From Octopus sinensis (lineage: Eukaryota): a stretch of 64,000 nucleotides of DNA. Below are positions 61,600-64,000 of the stretch, one piece after another. A program made the position numbers and the translations under genes. Position 1 is the first letter of the stretch. Each line of letters begins with the position of its first letter. The notes under the pieces are model-generated. The model ran no database searches, had not been told where the DNA came from, and was given only the letters and a program-made list of their open reading frames with translations. The stretch spans positions 16,368,001 to 16,432,000 of the forward strand of contig NC_043014.1 in NCBI RefSeq assembly GCF_006345805.1. Direction: 5' to 3'.

Positions 61600-62945
61600 C
61601 CATAGCAAGCTTCCAAATTGTCTTCATGTCCTGAACTTCATTCTGCAAACTTGTCAACTGTGACCAGCCGTGCTTAACAGGGTGCGTCCAAATTGCTGTT
61701 ACAACCTTCTTCTTCAATCTGGAGTAACAAAAGTTGGCAGGTCAGCTTATTTTATGTATAATAATAATAATAATAATAATAAAGATATACTGAAATTACA
61801 ATAACATAAGACAGAACAGAAAATTTCATTGCATAGCAAGCCTCTAAATTGTCTTCATTCTGCAAACTGGTCAACCACGACATGTCCAAAACTCCTTCAA
61901 AGTAGGATCCCCTGACTTTAATACATTTGTTGTAAGTGCTTCAGCTACTTCGTGAAGACCCCACGGAAGTCCTCCGAAGTGAAACGGTCCAGAACCATGC
62001 TCTTTGATGTTTCCAAAGTTCTGCTGTGGCCATCTCCTTCAATCTGGAATAACAAAAGTTGGCTTGTTAGGTGTACGATAATAAGACAGAACACAAAATT
62101 TATTCAGCTGTGACATGCAAAAAGAAAAAAAAAAAAAGAGATGTTTAATGGTTTTGCTGTGATTAGCACAAATTGTATTCCATAAAAAGCTTCCAAACCT
62201 CACAGCTACATTCTGCAAACTCAGCAACCAAGACAAGCAGTGTTTATAGCAGGATGTTTCCAAATTGCTGTTACAGCTGCCTTCTTCAATCTGGAACAAC
62301 AAAAGTTGGCAGGTCAGCTTTATTAAATGTACGATAATGAAATTCCAATAATTTAGGACAGTTAGAATGCAAAACTCCATTGTGTGGTGACCTTCCAAAT
62401 TCTCTTCACATCCTGATTTCATTCTACAAACCAGTCAACTGTAACAAACAGTGTTTTGTAGGATGGGTTCAAAGTGCTCTAATAGCTGTCTCCTTTAACC
62501 CTTTCGTTACCAACCCGGCTGAAACCGGCTCTGGCTCTGAGTACAAATTTCTTGTTTCCATAAGTTTTGAATTAAAATCTTCTATCAAACCTCAGTCACA
62601 ATTTATGTTCCTAACAGTAGCTGAATGATAACTAAGTTATTTTGCTAAATTCTTTGTTATATTTAGAATAATTGAAAGAAACACAGAGCATCTCAAAATA
62701 AATACAGTAATGAAAGGGCTAATATGGAACAACAAAAGTTGGCAGGTCAGCTTATTAGATGTATGATAATGAAATACTGAAATTACAATAATTTAGGACA
62801 GTTACAAGCAAGCTTCCTACTTGTCTTCACATCACAATTACATTCTACAGATTGGTTAACTGTAACAAAGTGTTTCAGTTGGGTCTGTCAGAAAGTTGTT
62901 TCAGCCATCTGGAACAACAAAAGTTGGCAGGTCAGCCTATTAGCT
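61600..62945. repeat. Degenerate tandem array of ~5 units (~200-350 bp)
   Basis: tctgga(a/g)(c/t)aacaaaagttggcaggtcagc recurs at ~61717, 62041, 62289, 62722 and 62906, alternating with aagcttccaaattgtcttca..cattctgcaaac motifs. Confidence 0.8.
62499..62718. mobile_element. piggyBac-type MITE
   Basis: TTAA|ccctttcgttac ... gtaatgaaaggg|CTAA; 12-bp TIR with 1 mismatch; inserted into one array unit. Confidence 0.75.
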
Positions 62946-63420
62946 GTGTAGTAAAATGACTAAGGTCAGTTATAAAAGTCCCCAAACTTCTGCAAACTAC
63001 CATGGGCAGGCATTCTACTATACTTTAGACCTCAAGTGGCCTGAACTATTTACATGAACACCACCCTGTACATAACTCCATGTCCCCCTACATGGCCTTG
63101 CTTTTTGCTTTTCGAGCCAAAAAATTAACTAACTAACTAGATCTAATGTATGGTATAGCTGTGATTAATATTACTGGTTATAGTTGTTGTTGTTGTTGTT
63201 GCTGATATCTAGATATTTGAGAACAATAAGCAGTCTTAGGTAAAATGCTTAGAAGTATTTTGCCTGTCTCTACGTTCTAAGTTCAAACTCTGCTGAGGTC
63301 ATCTTTGCCTTTCATCCTTTCAGGTTTGATAAATTTAAGTACCAGTGAAACACTGGGGTCGATGTGATCAATCAGTCCCCTCTCCCAAAATTTCAGGCCT
63401 TGTGCCTACAGTAGAAAGGA

Positions 63421-63803
63421 TTACTCTTTTACTCTTTTACTTGTTTCAGTCATTTGACTGCGGCCATGCTGGAGCACCGCCTTTAGTCGAGCAAATCGAC
63501 CCCGGGACTTATTCTTTGTAAGCCCAGTACTTATTCTATCGGTCTCTTTTGCTGAACCGCGAAGTGACGGCGACGTAAACACACCAGCATCGGTTGTCAA
63601 GCAATGCTAGGGGGACAAACACATAAACGCATATATACGACGGGCTTCTTTCAGTTTCCGTCTACCAAATCCACTCACAAGGCATTGGTCGGCCCGAGGC
63701 TATAGCAGAAGACACTTGCCCAAGATGCCACGCAGTGGGACTGAACCCAGAACCATGTGGTTGGTTAGCAAGCTACTTACCACACAGCCACTCCTGTGCC
63801 TAT
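63421..63803 (-). mobile_element. Full-length CORE-type SINE near the DAG1 acceptor
   Basis: Same family as 3962-4392. Confidence 0.9.
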
Positions 63804-63951
63804 AGTTATTATTATTTTTATTTTTAAGCTGTATCTGCATCTATAGTTTGTTATTGGTGTTTTTTGTTTTAATTTTTGCTTTTAAATGATTTCTTTTTGT
63901 CCTTCATCAGCTAAAATATCTAATCATTCCTCCTTTTTCTATTCTTTCCAG

Positions 63952-64000
63952 GTAATGGAGGCTGGCAAGACGACCCTACCCAAGTGGTTGTATTTCGACG
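63952..64000 (+). CDS. DAG1: Dystroglycan second coding exon (runs off the window)
   Basis: Acceptor tcctttttctattctttccag|; VMEAGKTTLPKWLYFD aligns with vertebrate VSAAGKEALPSWLHWD. Confidence 0.88.

Overview
This is repeat-saturated eukaryotic genomic DNA, most likely from an octopus. That assignment is inferred from the tRNA-derived and CORE-type SINE families, the RTE/CR1/Dong LINE remnants and the long (TA)n tracts; the species cannot be fixed without a search. Three host-gene signals are supported. (1) Dystroglycan (DAG1) lies on the + strand, with its first coding exon at 51358-51829, a 12.1-kb phase-0 intron, and a second coding exon starting at 63952 and running off the window. (2) A divergent TGIF-like TALE homeobox gene lies on the - strand, with its large coding exon tandemly duplicated into two complementary broken halves. 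Copy A (15835-15141) keeps the homeodomain but is truncated before the C-terminal region. Copy B (14223-13220) keeps the C-terminal region but has lost most of the homeodomain through in-frame deletions. Both copies retain the same phase-1 splice acceptor, downstream of one predicted start exon (ATG at 20205). (3) A disrupted beta-1,3-glycosyltransferase (GT31) exon lies at 12601-11975 (-), only partly visible in the ORF track. The window also holds several minimal type-I hammerhead-ribozyme-like motifs in Penelope-like repeat ends, a near-complete RTE LINE whose 3' UTR explains a very common short repeat, Dong/R4-like insertions in a (TAA)n tract, a fold-back mariner, several MITEs and a ~97% identical 760-bp palindrome inside the DAG1 intron. 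Most entries in the ORF track are microsatellite or SINE artefacts. All coordinates and alignments were read by eye; no searches were run.
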